From NCBI GenBank assembly GCA_009777935.1, contig WRKU01000004.1, positions 3,097 to 67,096 on the forward strand: a DNA stretch of 64,000 bases, read 5' to 3'. Both the position numbers and the translations under genes were made by a program. Under the pieces are notes generated by a model. It was not told the origin of the DNA, searched no databases, and was given only the letters and a program-made list of their open reading frames with translations. Shown here one piece after another: positions 49,486-60,453 of this stretch (position 1 is the first letter of the stretch; each line of letters starts with the position of its first letter). This DNA comes from Coriobacteriia bacterium (lineage in GTDB: Bacteria; Actinomycetota; Coriobacteriia; WRKU01).

Positions 49486-50379
49486 CTATCCGTGTGCCCT
49501 TCCAAAACGCGCGACAAGTCGCACCGTCAGCACGAGCGCCATCGAGATAATGAATAGAATCGCGCCCATGCCAAAGAGCGCGGTGCGATGAGTACCGGTC
49601 GCATAGCCCATATCAAGTACAATCTGGCTCGTCAAGGTCGCAATCGGCGCCGTAATCCCCGCAAAAAGTTGTGGTGCGTTACCGACGACCATCAGTACGG
49701 CCATCGTCTCACCGATGGCGCGCCCCATACCCAGTATGATGGCATCGATAATGCCGAGTTTAGCCGCCGGAAGGACGACCTTATAGATTGTTTGCCACTG
49801 GGTCGCGCCCATCGCAAACGATGCTTCGCGTGAGCCCATCGGAATCGAGCCGAGCGCGTCCTCGGTCAAGGTTGCAATCGTCGGCACGATCATCACGGCC
49901 AAAATAATCCACGCGGTCAGCGGTCCGAAGCCGACGCCGCCCCACAGGCGCGCCACGATTGGCGCGACGACAACGACGCCGAAGAATCCGTAGACAACCG
50001 ACGGAATACCGGCAAGCAACTCGACGGCCGGACGCACCCATGCACGAAGCTTGGGGGGCGCCAGCTCAGAGAGAAACACAGCCGTCATCACCGCGAGCGG
50101 GGCACCTATTACAAGCGCACCGAGCGTAACGACAAACGAGCCCACAATAAACGGAAGGATGCCGAACTCACCGCTGCTCGCCGACCATCTCGTGCCAAAG
50201 ATGAAGTCGAGAAAGCCGATCTCGGTGATGACCGGAAAGGCCATGTAGGCAACAAACGCAAAGATAAGTGCCACACCAAGTACTGCCACGATAGCGCACG
50301 CAAAGAAAAGTGTCGCAAGCAAAGCTTCTTTTATACGCGAGCGCGAGGTTACGAGCTGTAAGGAGCCGGGTGTCGACAC
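49486..50379 (-). CDS. pstC: Phosphate ABC transporter permease PstC
   Basis: LAGIPSVVYG, MGRAIGETMAV; GTG 50379 after GGAGGAG. Confidence 0.93.
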   Translation of the reverse strand: MSTPGSLQLVTSRSRIKEALLATLFFACAIVAVLGVALIFAFVAYMAFPVITEIGFLDFIFGTRWSASSGEFGILPFIVGSFVVTLGALVIGAPLAVMTAVFLSELAPPKLRAWVRPAVELLAGIPSVVYGFFGVVVVAPIVARLWGGVGFGPLTAWIILAVMIVPTIATLTEDALGSIPMGSREASFAMGATQWQTIYKVVLPAAKLGIIDAIILGMGRAIGETMAVLMVVGNAPQLFAGITAPIATLTSQIVLDMGYATGTHRTALFGMGAILFIISMALVLTVRLVARFGRAHG

Positions 50380-50381
50380 CG

Positions 50382-51227
50382 TTACTCCTCCCCTCGCCAC
50401 GTGACGGGAATGTAGCCGGCATCAACGACAGCACCAAACTGTACTGCATCGGAAAGCACGTATTCGATGTAGCGCTTCGTCAAGCCGTCAGGCTCACCAA
50501 GCGTAAAGAAATGGAGAGTTCTCGATATCGGATAGACGCCATTGCCGACGTTTTCTCTCGTCGGATCGACACCATCGATAACAAGCGCCTTAACAGGGTT
50601 GGTGCCAAAACGCGGCGAGACAAAGCCTACTGAGATGTAGCCGATGGCGCCCGCCGAGCGTGTCACAACCTCACGTACCTGCCCCGTGCCGGGCAAAATG
50701 ACCGCTCCAACGTCAAAGGGAGTATCATCCATGACGGCTTCGGTGAAGGCATCGCGTGTACCACTCGCTTCATCACGATTGATAAGGTCGATGGGAATAT
50801 CGTCGCCTCCGACCTCGCGCCAGTTCGTAATAGCGCCGCCATATATGTCACGAAGCTGCTCGGTCGTCAGTTCATCGATAGGGTTGCTCAGGTTAACGAT
50901 AACGGCGATGCCGTCGTAGGCAATAGGGATGTCAACGAGGTCATGTGACTCGTTTGGGCGCAAGTGACGCGAAGACGTACCGATGTCGGCCGTGCCGGTG
51001 CTAACGGCCTCTATTCCAGCGCTCGAGCCCATGCCCGAGACAAGAACTGAGGCGTCAGGGGTGGACTGTACGAATTTTTCGGCCGCGACCTCGGCAATCG
51101 GCAGGATTGTGGTCGAGCCGGCAACGGTGACCGATTCAAGATAGCCGTAGTCGGAGCAACCGGTGAGAAAAGGAGTAGCGGCGGCGAGAAAGCCGATAAG
51201 AACAAAAGGTGTTAAGAGCAGACGCAC
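50382..51227 (-). CDS. pstS: Phosphate ABC transporter substrate-binding lipoprotein
   Basis: Lipobox LTGC, AGSTTI, GSSAGI, SSRHL, RDEASGT; start chosen at GTG 51227 and is uncertain. Confidence 0.93.
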   Translation of the reverse strand: MRLLLTPFVLIGFLAAATPFLTGCSDYGYLESVTVAGSTTILPIAEVAAEKFVQSTPDASVLVSGMGSSAGIEAVSTGTADIGTSSRHLRPNESHDLVDIPIAYDGIAVIVNLSNPIDELTTEQLRDIYGGAITNWREVGGDDIPIDLINRDEASGTRDAFTEAVMDDTPFDVGAVILPGTGQVREVVTRSAGAIGYISVGFVSPRFGTNPVKALVIDGVDPTRENVGNGVYPISRTLHFFTLGEPDGLTKRYIEYVLSDAVQFGAVVDAGYIPVTWRGEE

Positions 51228-52039
51228 GCGAGCGCGCCATGGCGTCCAGTGGTGCCGTTTTCGGCACGATAGGAAAACCACGCGCCGGTCGGTGCGCCGG
51301 CATGCGCCATGGTATCGATTTTCGGATTGATGATGTTGCACGCAACAACTCCCGCCCCGACAAGCGTCTCCTCAATCGCAACCCCTAAATCGAGTCGGAC
51401 TTCGTCGTCCGATTCAATGTAGGTTTCACCCGCAATAAGAGTACCAAACGTGGCGGAAAATTGTGCACCTATTTCATGATTCACGGTAAAATGTTGCAAA
51501 CCGATGTAGGGGCCGATGTAGGCAATGAGGTCGGCAGGGTCACAACCATACGTTTCGGTAAGCGCAATAATCGTACGAGCAGCAATTTTCTCAAGCGTTC
51601 CGCGCCACCCTGCATGCACGACTGCAAGAGCATCACGTGTGCGATCAACAAGGATAATCGGTACGCAGTCAGCAAAACAGAGGAGCAGCGGTGTGTCGGT
51701 ATGCGCCGTAATAAGCGCATCGGTCATAGGGTGTTCATACGCCCCATCGACGGCAACGGCAACGTGAGCTCCGTGTATCTGGTTGGCTGTGTTAAGCGTC
51801 CATATCGCATTTTCGTTGAGACCAAGCACGCGGCAAATACGTTCACGATTTTGCGCAACATGGTCGACATCGTCGCCTACATAGGTGCTAAGATTGAGCG
51901 TCGCATAGGGTGACTCGCTCACGCCACCATGGCGTTGGGTAAATGCAACACGAATGCCTGCTTCATCGAAAAGCGCGGCATCGGTCAAGAATGTGACCCC
52001 ATCGACGGTCTGTTCAGTTAGTGTCGGCTGCACGAGCAA
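51212..52039 (-). CDS. pgeF: Peptidoglycan editing factor / purine nucleoside phosphorylase (YfiH family)
   Basis: FTQRHGGVS, QIHG, ADCVPI, HAGWRG, FSYR; follows ftsZ. Confidence 0.93.
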   Translation of the reverse strand: MLVQPTLTEQTVDGVTFLTDAALFDEAGIRVAFTQRHGGVSESPYATLNLSTYVGDDVDHVAQNRERICRVLGLNENAIWTLNTANQIHGAHVAVAVDGAYEHPMTDALITAHTDTPLLLCFADCVPIILVDRTRDALAVVHAGWRGTLEKIAARTIIALTETYGCDPADLIAYIGPYIGLQHFTVNHEIGAQFSATFGTLIAGETYIESDDEVRLDLGVAIEETLVGAGVVACNIINPKIDTMAHAGAPTGAWFSYRAENGTTGRHGALACVCS

Positions 52040-52072
52040 GTGGTACGAACGGGTTCGACGGCGTGTGCCGGT

Positions 52073-53164
52073 CTAACGCGTCTTGAGGAAATCGGGCAGC
52101 TCGAGCCCGTCGCTTCCCGTGTCGCCGGATAACGGCGCAAACGAGAGATCCTCGTCGAGTGTTGAGCCAGCACCCGCACGTGCACCGGCACCACCGGCGC
52201 TAGCACGCGGTGCCGCACCCGAGAAGCCTGTCGCAACGACGGTCACACGTACGGCATCGCCGAGCGCATCGTCTATGACGGCACCAAAGATGATATTCGC
52301 GTCTGGTGAGGCCGAATTAGCCACGATCTCGGCGGCCTGGTTCGCTTCAATGATGCCAAGATCGCTGCCGCCCGCAATCGAGAGTAAGATACCGTTAGCG
52401 CCCTGAATTGAGGACTCGAGCAAGGGGCTTGAAATCGCCGCACTCGCTGCCTCGGTTGCACGCTCGTCACCGCTGGCCACACCGATACCCATCAGCGCAC
52501 TGCCAGCCTCTTCCATAATGGTACGGACGTCGGCAAAGTCGAGATTGATGAGACCGGGGATTGTAATAAGATCGGTAATGCCCTGCGTGCCCTGACGCAA
52601 GATGTCGTCGGCGTAGCGAAACGCGTCGAGCATCGAGGTCTTTCTTTCGGCAACCTGTAAAAGGCGATCGTTCGGGATAACGATAAGGGTATCGACCGAC
52701 TCACGCAGCTCTTTGATACCTTCTTCGGCCTGCTGAGCGCGCTTGCGTCCCTCGAAACTGAACGGACGCGTGCAGACACCGACGGTCAATGCGCCAATCT
52801 CTTCTTTAGCAATACGTGCGATAATCGGAGCCGCACCGGTACCGGTGCCACCGCCCTCGCCCGCCGTCACGAAGACCATATCAGCACCTTGGAGTGCCTC
52901 ACGAAGTTCGTCACGATTTTCCTCGGCAGCCTCAGCACCTACGTGCGGGTTGGCACCTGCCCCGAGCCCCTTTGTCAAATCAACGCCAATATGGACTTTG
53001 TAGTCGGCATCGCTCATCAAAAGCGCCTGCGCATCGGTGTTGACCGCAATGAATTCAACGCCTTTGACACCGGCCTCAATCATGCGATTGATGGCGTTCG
53101 TACCGCCACCGCCTACGCCAACGACCTTGATGACCGCGAGATAGTTTGCGCCTGTCTCCAACAT
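52073..53164 (-). CDS. ftsZ: Cell division protein FtsZ
   Basis: GVGGGG, GAGANP, GGGTGTG, NLDFADV, C-terminal ELPDFLK. Confidence 0.99.
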   Translation of the reverse strand: MLETGANYLAVIKVVGVGGGGTNAINRMIEAGVKGVEFIAVNTDAQALLMSDADYKVHIGVDLTKGLGAGANPHVGAEAAEENRDELREALQGADMVFVTAGEGGGTGTGAAPIIARIAKEEIGALTVGVCTRPFSFEGRKRAQQAEEGIKELRESVDTLIVIPNDRLLQVAERKTSMLDAFRYADDILRQGTQGITDLITIPGLINLDFADVRTIMEEAGSALMGIGVASGDERATEAASAAISSPLLESSIQGANGILLSIAGGSDLGIIEANQAAEIVANSASPDANIIFGAVIDDALGDAVRVTVVATGFSGAAPRASAGGAGARAGAGSTLDEDLSFAPLSGDTGSDGLELPDFLKTR

Positions 53165-53387
53165 GAACGTCTCCTCTTCCGAAAGCCTTGCAAAAACTCA
53201 ACATTCAAGCACAACTTCAGGGCGTGTCGAAGCGTACGCCTATGCGCGCCACAACACATATAAGTCAGTAGTAATGTTCCCACTGCATGAAACTTTGCGC
53301 AATATTTTCCGCACGCACACCTCAAGCAGCAGTTTAAGGTTTGTTAAAAGTGCAGATAAACTGTAGTATTGTGTGAAGATGCCTACA

Positions 53388-54527
53388 TTACGGTTTGGTG
53401 GCGGCACCACCGGACGTATCGAGTCCTCGCCACGTCGGCCTATCGAGGCTGCGCACATTGATAAGCGTCACTTTGCCGGCGTGCTCGCTGAGAAGCTGGA
53501 CGGCGACCTTTGACTTTTCATTGATATCGACGGCCGAGCCAATGAAAACCTCAACATTATCCTTCGTCACAATCTTGGTGAGCGCCACCTCCGGGGCACT
53601 GAACAGCAGTGTCTGTGCACGCAGTTCCTCGTCGATACCGTGCCATACCGCGAGAACGTTGTTGACCTCATCGTTCACGCTCGACATACCGACGATGATG
53701 TCGGTCGTAGGCGGAATGTCGTTGACGGGAATGACGTCGTCGCGCTCAAACGATACGGGAACACTATCACTGCGAGGATCATCGGCAACAAGATCGCCAT
53801 CCTTCTCAAGAACCTGCCCGAGCCAAATACCGTCCTCGGCGATAAGCCAACGCGATCCCCCTGTCTCGGAGACAAGGCCAAACGGCATGCGCTCGGTCAC
53901 CACAATCTCAAGCGTTGAAGGATATCGCTTGTGGATTGCCACCTCCTCGACCCACGGATTGGCAAGCATCTCCCGACGAATCGCACCGGTATCAAGCGTT
54001 ACGAGTGAAGTGCTCTCATCGGTATCGACATAGGTTAACACCGTCTCGTTAGTTAGATGCGCATTTCCATTGACGATGTAGTCGGTGATATGAAAGTAGG
54101 GTGATGTCAAAAACGTGGTGGTGACACCGATCAGTATGACGGCCAGCGCACCGGCGGCAACGATGACGAGTATCGAACGGTTCTGGTCGCGTTTAGCGCG
54201 GCGTTCGCGTTCCTCTTTTTTGAGCACGACCTTGCGACGCTCTTTTGCAACGACTGCATCGGTCCCAACAATCTCGTCGGGGATATCGGGCACCACTTCA
54301 AACGACGAAGTGCGCTGTGACACCGAGCGCGAGGGCGACACACTTTTTTTACGCGCAGGTCGCTGTTGCTCTACCGGCGCAGACTTTGTATCATAGGTCG
54401 TCGACGAGCTTACCTCGACGCGACGCCTTGTACGAGGCACGGTTTCGTCACGACGTCTGCGCGGCGCTGCGTCATCGCGGCGCTTGCGCTCCCAGTACGC
54501 GGACTTCTGTCTGTAGTTCGACGCCAT
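53388..54527 (-). CDS. ftsQ: Cell division protein FtsQ/DivIB
   Basis: Charged N-tail, one TM, POTRA-like NPWVEEV...YPSTLEIVVTER; lies between murB and ftsZ. Confidence 0.88.
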   Translation of the reverse strand: MASNYRQKSAYWERKRRDDAAPRRRRDETVPRTRRRVEVSSSTTYDTKSAPVEQQRPARKKSVSPSRSVSQRTSSFEVVPDIPDEIVGTDAVVAKERRKVVLKKEERERRAKRDQNRSILVIVAAGALAVILIGVTTTFLTSPYFHITDYIVNGNAHLTNETVLTYVDTDESTSLVTLDTGAIRREMLANPWVEEVAIHKRYPSTLEIVVTERMPFGLVSETGGSRWLIAEDGIWLGQVLEKDGDLVADDPRSDSVPVSFERDDVIPVNDIPPTTDIIVGMSSVNDEVNNVLAVWHGIDEELRAQTLLFSAPEVALTKIVTKDNVEVFIGSAVDINEKSKVAVQLLSEHAGKVTLINVRSLDRPTWRGLDTSGGAATKP

Positions 54528-55470
54528 ATTCTTGAGCGACTCGTCTCTGAACAAGTTCAATAAGTTCCAACACATCGGCAGCAGTCGCCCCACCTCGGTT
54601 CACGATAAAGTTCGCATGCACATCCGAGATCTGAGCACCACCGCAGGTCGTACCTTTTAATTCTACCGCTTCTATGAGGCGTCCGGCACTTTCGCCTGCC
54701 GGATTACGAAAAACGCTACCAGCATTAGGGAGATTGAGCGGCTGAGTATGTGCACGTTGCGCATGCGCATCTGCAATACGCGCACGAAGCTCTGCAGGGT
54801 CTTCCCGGGCAGCAAAGTGGAGCTGCGCTGAAAGGATAAGGGCCGTATCACGTAAGCTTGAAGAGCGGTAACTCCATACAATTTCATCGCGTGTAAGAGT
54901 GCGAATCTCGGCGTGTGGGAGCGAAATGATCGTAACATCGTGGACAAGCTCGTCGATAAAGTGTGTCGCAGTGCCGGCGTTCATCGCAAGGGCTCCACCG
55001 AGCGTGCCGGGAATACCGGCAAGACGCTCGACACCGGTCAGGCCGTGTTCGACACCGTACGCCACGATATCGCGCAGGCGCGTGTCGGCGTTAACATGGA
55101 CAGCTGCGTCGTGGTCGCCGGGCTCAATCGTGCCGACCGAAGCCGGAGCTCTGAGGCAAAGTACCACACCGTCGAAGCCTTCATCAGGTACGAGCAGGTT
55201 CGAACCACCGCCCATTATGAAGACAGGCGCACCTGATGCTGCACACTGCTTCAGGACTTCACGAATGATTTCAAGGGTAGGAAGCGCCGCGATATCGAGA
55301 CCTACTAAGAGCGCAGCCGGCCCTCCAATGCGCCACGTCGTATAAGACGCAAGCGGTTCGTTACGCACTACTTCGATACCCGATTCATCGAGCGCGCGAA
55401 TCTCCTTGGCCAGCAGGTCGTAGTCGATGACAGCGTTACCCATCGTGCGATTCATCATCGTCTTGCTCAT
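54472..55470 (-). CDS. murB: UDP-N-acetylmuramate dehydrogenase
   Basis: GGGSNLLV, GIPGTLGGALAMNAG, AGSVFRNP, HANFIVN, LQTEV. Confidence 0.96.
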   Translation of the reverse strand: MSKTMMNRTMGNAVIDYDLLAKEIRALDESGIEVVRNEPLASYTTWRIGGPAALLVGLDIAALPTLEIIREVLKQCAASGAPVFIMGGGSNLLVPDEGFDGVVLCLRAPASVGTIEPGDHDAAVHVNADTRLRDIVAYGVEHGLTGVERLAGIPGTLGGALAMNAGTATHFIDELVHDVTIISLPHAEIRTLTRDEIVWSYRSSSLRDTALILSAQLHFAAREDPAELRARIADAHAQRAHTQPLNLPNAGSVFRNPAGESAGRLIEAVELKGTTCGGAQISDVHANFIVNRGGATAADVLELIELVQRRVAQEYGVELQTEVRVLGAQAPR

Positions 55471-56866
55471 GCAACTCTCGTAAGAGTTCAGGACCGATAG
55501 AGGTAACGTCACCAGCGCCCATCGTCATCACAAGATCGCCTCTGCGTAAACTTCGTGCCACGTATGGAACGATGTCCTTGCGATGCGGCAGATAGACAAC
55601 GTTCGCGCGCTCGTTGACATCAAGCAGTGCGTCGACGATAGAGCGTCCGTTCACGCCGGGAATCGGTGCCTCGCCGGCGCTGTATATCTGGGTCACGATG
55701 ACGAGATCGGCATGGGTAAGTGCGCGGCCAAACTCGTGGCAAAACGCCTCGACACGCGAATAGCGATGTGGTTGGACGATAGTAACGACGCGCGTAAAAT
55801 CGAGTGCTTGAGCAGCCTTGAGCGTTGCCTCAACCTCAGTCGGGTGGTGTGCGTAGTCGTCGACGATGGTGATGTCGCGGTACTCCCCAATGAGGCTAAA
55901 GCGACGACGCACGCCCGTAAACGTTGCGAGTGCCTTGGCAGCATCACGCATATCGAGCCCTTCGACGTATGCAACAGCAAGCGCACCACAGGCATTGCAA
56001 ACCATATGTTCGCCCGGCGTGGCAACACCGGCAGTGCATACGACCTCATCGTCGATGATAACCTCGAAACGCGTGCCAATGCCTTCACGACCCACGATGC
56101 GATAGCGCACATCGCATGCTTCATCGGCGCCATACGTAATGGTACGCACACCGGTGCTCACCGTCGCTTTGCGCATCACTTCGAGTAGATGTGAATCATC
56201 GCCACAGAGGATGAGCGTGCCATCTGCACGAATTTGTGCAGCAAACTTAATAAAGATGTCATCGATCTCGGTAAGGTTAGCGTAGTGATCGAGGTGATCG
56301 CGCTCGATGTTGGTGATGAGCGCAACGTCGGGCTCAAGAAAGAGAAACGAGCCGTCTGATTCGTCGGCCTCAACGACGTAGTAATCGCCTGTGCCATGCT
56401 CGGCGTTCGAGCCCGCCTCTTCGAGTAGGCCGCCGACACAGAAACTCGGATCGAGTTTCATGGCACGCAACATCGTCGCAATCATCGATGATGTTGAGGT
56501 TTTACCATGCGTACCGGCCACCGCAATCGTACGACGCTTTCCTGCAAGCGCGCTGAGCATCTGGGCGCGCTGCCACACGGTCAGACCGCGCTCACGTGCA
56601 GCAACAAGTTCGGGGTTGTTCTCAGGGATAGCGGTCGAGACGACAACGATGTCAGGTGTGCCATGAGGTGTGACGAGGTTCGCGGGATCATGGCCGCTCG
56701 TAATGGTAGCACCGAGTTCACGCAACGTGCGCGTATAGCGTGACTCCTTCATGTCCGAGCCACTGACGTTCGCACCACGTTGCACAAGGATGCGTGCCAG
56801 CGCACTCATACCGGCACCGCCAACCCCGATGAAGTGCACCGTGTCTAAAGGTAGTGTTGTAGTCAT
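55436..56866 (-). CDS. murC: UDP-N-acetylmuramate--L-alanine ligase
   Basis: HFIGVGGAGMS, GTHGKTST, EADESD, DDYAHHPTE, QPHRYSR. Confidence 0.97.
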   Translation of the reverse strand: MTTTLPLDTVHFIGVGGAGMSALARILVQRGANVSGSDMKESRYTRTLRELGATITSGHDPANLVTPHGTPDIVVVSTAIPENNPELVAARERGLTVWQRAQMLSALAGKRRTIAVAGTHGKTSTSSMIATMLRAMKLDPSFCVGGLLEEAGSNAEHGTGDYYVVEADESDGSFLFLEPDVALITNIERDHLDHYANLTEIDDIFIKFAAQIRADGTLILCGDDSHLLEVMRKATVSTGVRTITYGADEACDVRYRIVGREGIGTRFEVIIDDEVVCTAGVATPGEHMVCNACGALAVAYVEGLDMRDAAKALATFTGVRRRFSLIGEYRDITIVDDYAHHPTEVEATLKAAQALDFTRVVTIVQPHRYSRVEAFCHEFGRALTHADLVIVTQIYSAGEAPIPGVNGRSIVDALLDVNERANVVYLPHRKDIVPYVARSLRRGDLVMTMGAGDVTSIGPELLRELHEQDDDESHDG

Positions 56867-56870
56867 GGTG

Positions 56871-59117
56871 CTATTGTAGCGCACTCTCCCAGGCGGTGGC
56901 GCATGCGGTGACCGGTACGTCGATAAGGGAGGTGCCCTCGGTGTCGTTAATGCTTACGTGGTCGCCACCGACTTCGCCCAGAATGTGATGGGGTACTGCT
57001 GCTGCGCATAATGTGTCGAGTACACATACGCGGTCTTCGGGGGCGCAGGTCACGACGACACGTGATTGCGTCTCGCTAAAGAGCGACTCGTGTGGGGCGA
57101 GGGCGGTGGGCAGCGTCACGGTGCAGCCCATACCGCCAACAATCGCGCTTTCGGCGAGCGCCACGGCAATGCCTCCGTCGCTACAATCGTGCGTGGCGGT
57201 GAGCAATCCTGTACGAATAAGCGTACGAACCGCCTGCTGCACTGCCCGTTCACGCTCAAGATCGAGCGCAGGGATTTCACCGGCCACCATTCCATGTATC
57301 GTGTTCAGATACTCACTGCCCCCAAGCTCGGCAGCGGTCTCCCCTACGAGAATGATAGTGTCACCGACGTGCTTGAAGGCAAGTGTGCAAGCTTCATCGA
57401 CGTGGTCGAGCAACCCCACAACCCCAACAATCGGCGTTGGGTAGATGGGATTGCCGAAGCTTTCATTATAGAAACTTACATTGCCACTGATAACCGGCAC
57501 CTCAAAGCTGTGGCACGCATCAGCAAGTCCGCGTACCGCCTCGTAAAACGTCCAGTAGACCTCGGGCTTTTCGGGGTTGCCAAAGTTAAGACAATCGGTA
57601 ACGGCGGCCGGCTCGCCCCCAGCACAGGTGACGTTGCGCGTTGCCTCGGCAAGTGCAATCTGTGCACCGCGATACGGGTTGAGATATACGTAGCGTCCGT
57701 TACCATCGGTTGCGGCGGCAATCGCGCGCTCAGTCATCTCACCGCGCCCCGTATCTCCGATACGTATCACCGCCGCATCGCTTCCCGGCACTACGACCGT
57801 GTTGTTCTGCACCTGATGATCGTACTGTTCATATATCGCGCGGCGTGAGCATATGTTGGCACTGCCGAGCAACGTGAGTAACGTATTGTTAAGCTCCTCG
57901 ACCGTCACCGGATGTTCGAGCGTATCGATGTCAAAGGCCGCAAGTTCATCAAGGTAGGCAGGGCGCGACATCGCCGGGTCATAGATTGGTGCATCATCGG
58001 CGAGTGAGCGCGCCGGTATCTCGGCGTGCACAACATCGGCATCGCGTACCACGAAATTGCCGGTGTCGGTCACGGTACCAATGACGGTCGAGCGTAGCCC
58101 CCACCGCGTACAGACGTCAAACACCTCCTGAAGGTGGCTTGGCTCGACAACGGCGAGCATGCGCTCTTGCGATTCACTTACCATAACCTCGAACGGCTGC
58201 ATATTGGGTTCGCGCCGGGGCACCTGTGCTACATCGATATCGAGGCCCACGCCGCCACGGCTCGCCATCTCGCTTGCTGAGCTTGTCAATCCCGCGGCAC
58301 CGAGGTCACCCAACCCCACAAGCAATCTGCGTTCCAGTAGCTCAAGACACGCCTCGATGAGGAGTTTTTCCTCAAATGGGTCGCCCACCTGCACGGCAGG
58401 ACGCTTGGCCTCGGCCCCTTCATCGAACTCTTGGCTGGCGAGTACGCTCGCACCACCGATGCCGTCGCGCCCTGTCGTCGAGCCGATAAGCACCACATGG
58501 TTACCCACACCACTTGCTTGTGCACGGATGAGGTTTTCCTCGCGCATGAGCCCAATCGCCATTGCATTGATAAGACAGTTACCCTCATACGCTTTCTCAA
58601 AGTAAACTTCGCCGCCCACGGTGGGCACTCCAAGACAGTTTCCATAGCCACCGATACCGGCAACCGCGCCTTCGAGCAAGTAGCGTTGCCGCGGGCTATC
58701 GAGTGTGCCGAAGCGCAGGCTGTTGAGGCTTGCGATAGGACGCGCACCCATGGTGAAGATGTCGCGGATGATGCCACCTACGCCGGTCGCGGCTCCTTCG
58801 TAAGGCTCAATCGCACTCGGATGATTGTGCGATTCCATCTTGAAAGCCACGGCCCAACCATCACCGACGCTGATAACACCGGCATTCTCACCCGGCCCTT
58901 GCAAGACATGGGGTCCTTTTGTGGGAAAGAGGCTTAGATGCTTACGCGAGTGTTTGTACGAGCAGTGCTCAGACCACATGAGGCTATACATGTAGAGTTC
59001 GGTTATCGTAGGCGTGCGGCCAAGTATCTCAGCGATGCGCTCGTATTCGTCGGGTTTTAAGCCCAGTTCAACGGCGAGTTCAAGAGCACGTTCGGGAGTC
59101 AGTTCAGCGGCGCACAT
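56871..59117 (-). CDS. purL: Phosphoribosylformylglycinamidine synthase subunit PurL
   Basis: WSEHCSYK, ESHNHPS, GAATGVGG, SESQERM, NFGNP, LFSE. Confidence 0.98.
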   Translation of the reverse strand: MCAAELTPERALELAVELGLKPDEYERIAEILGRTPTITELYMYSLMWSEHCSYKHSRKHLSLFPTKGPHVLQGPGENAGVISVGDGWAVAFKMESHNHPSAIEPYEGAATGVGGIIRDIFTMGARPIASLNSLRFGTLDSPRQRYLLEGAVAGIGGYGNCLGVPTVGGEVYFEKAYEGNCLINAMAIGLMREENLIRAQASGVGNHVVLIGSTTGRDGIGGASVLASQEFDEGAEAKRPAVQVGDPFEEKLLIEACLELLERRLLVGLGDLGAAGLTSSASEMASRGGVGLDIDVAQVPRREPNMQPFEVMVSESQERMLAVVEPSHLQEVFDVCTRWGLRSTVIGTVTDTGNFVVRDADVVHAEIPARSLADDAPIYDPAMSRPAYLDELAAFDIDTLEHPVTVEELNNTLLTLLGSANICSRRAIYEQYDHQVQNNTVVVPGSDAAVIRIGDTGRGEMTERAIAAATDGNGRYVYLNPYRGAQIALAEATRNVTCAGGEPAAVTDCLNFGNPEKPEVYWTFYEAVRGLADACHSFEVPVISGNVSFYNESFGNPIYPTPIVGVVGLLDHVDEACTLAFKHVGDTIILVGETAAELGGSEYLNTIHGMVAGEIPALDLERERAVQQAVRTLIRTGLLTATHDCSDGGIAVALAESAIVGGMGCTVTLPTALAPHESLFSETQSRVVVTCAPEDRVCVLDTLCAAAVPHHILGEVGGDHVSINDTEGTSLIDVPVTACATAWESALQ

Positions 59118-59806
59118 TATGCGAACCTTTCGATGACGGTGGTAAAAAACGTCGCACCATCGGTGCAGCCGGTGTTGTTTTCGCTGATAGGGTCGGTCAC
59201 GCGCTCAGGGTGGGGCATCAGCCCAAATACGTTGCGCTGCTCGTTGCAGATGCCGGCGATACCGTCGGTCGCACCGTTAGGGGCACGCGCAATGTCACTG
59301 CCATCAGGGGCGCAATAACGTACGATAACTTGGTTGCTTGCGTGAAGCTGCGCGAGCGTGCGCTCATCACACACGTAGTTACCCTCACCATGGTTGATAG
59401 GCACGGTGAGCACCGTTCCTTGTGGTTTATCGAGCCAATCGCACGATGCTTCAACGCGCAGCGATACCGGCTTGCAGATGAACTTCATCTGCTCGTTGCG
59501 AATAAGTGCGCCGGGCAACAGGCGTGCCTCGGTCAATATCTGAAATCCATTGCAGATGCCAAGAACCGGTCCGCCCTCGTGGGCAAACCTCGTGACCGCC
59601 TCCATCACCGGGCTAAAGCGGGCGACGGCACCGCAGCGCAGATAATCGCCGTAGCTAAAACCGCCGGGAAGCACGACTGCATCAACCTCACCGAGTGAGG
59701 TTTCTTCGTGCCAGATGTAGGTAAAGTCCTGTTCGAGATAGGTAACGGCATGGGCGACATCTTGCTCGCAGTTCGACCCGGGAAAACGCACGATACCGAA
59801 ACGCAT
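59117..59806 (-). CDS. purQ: Phosphoribosylformylglycinamidine synthase subunit PurQ
   Basis: [30 protein letters not shown]. Confidence 0.98.
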   Translation of the reverse strand: MRFGIVRFPGSNCEQDVAHAVTYLEQDFTYIWHEETSLGEVDAVVLPGGFSYGDYLRCGAVARFSPVMEAVTRFAHEGGPVLGICNGFQILTEARLLPGALIRNEQMKFICKPVSLRVEASCDWLDKPQGTVLTVPINHGEGNYVCDERTLAQLHASNQVIVRYCAPDGSDIARAPNGATDGIAGICNEQRNVFGLMPHPERVTDPISENNTGCTDGATFFTTVIERFA

Positions 59807-59808
59807 AC

Positions 59809-60057
59809 TCAGCCCACCTCGACGATGCGATAGTCCTCAATGACCGGATTGGCAAGGAGCTTGGCACACATTTCATCGACCTGCTCGGCCGACACGTCAC
59901 CTTCAAGCTCGATGAACTTACCTATCTTGACGTCATCGATGCCGGTAAAGCCTATCTGCCCAAGCCCACGCAATGCCGTAGCGCCTGCGGGGTCGAAGAT
60001 GCCCTCCCGAGAGGTGACGTATATGTGATAGCGTGTCTTTGATGCTGTGTCCGTCAT
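59809..60057 (-). CDS. purS: Phosphoribosylformylglycinamidine synthase subunit PurS
   Basis: [22 protein letters not shown]. Confidence 0.96.
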   Translation of the reverse strand: MTDTASKTRYHIYVTSREGIFDPAGATALRGLGQIGFTGIDDVKIGKFIELEGDVSAEQVDEMCAKLLANPVIEDYRIVEVG

Positions 60058-60221
60058 GCGCCCTCCCCCTCTTGTCGGAGTACCGGCCGGCTGGACAACC
60101 TACCGGTAACGTAGTTCACTCTACCGCGTTTTTGAGAACGTTTCCTGTTTGTTGGCTATGGATTCACTATAATCTTTTTTGATTTTGCTCAGCTATGATT
60201 TCTGACAACATTTTTTCATGC

Positions 60222-60427
60222 TCACTCATAGTTTGCACGTATACCGTGACGCCGGTTCATATACTCACTGCAGATCGTTATAAACTTATCGATCTCTTCT
60301 TGTGTGTTGAAACTGTTACTTCGGTCGGAGACGTCCAATCGTTGTGGGCAGGAAAAATGTGACTACAAGCCGAAAAATATTCGTCAAGCTCTTCAGAGGT
60401 CAAAGAATAATAGAGTGTCATGTTCAT
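60222..60427 (-). pseudogene. Deleted/frameshifted paralog of the gene at 62782-63231
   Basis: The 3' ~95 bp encode FNTQEEIDKFITICSEYMNRRHGIRANYE, against FSTQEEIDKFIAICSEHMNRCHGIRANCE in the intact gene. ATG 60427 (with RBS) is in another frame. Confidence 0.75.
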
Positions 60428-60453
60428 TTTCCCTCTTGCTTCGTCATAGGTAA

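Noticed and set aside
54472-54527. 56-nt murB/ftsQ overlap as an anomaly
   Set aside because: Both frames read plausibly, and overlaps at this junction are unremarkable.
60058-60215. ZTP or purine riboswitch upstream of purS
   Set aside because: Only a weak hairpin; the conserved ZTP or purine motifs were not recognised.
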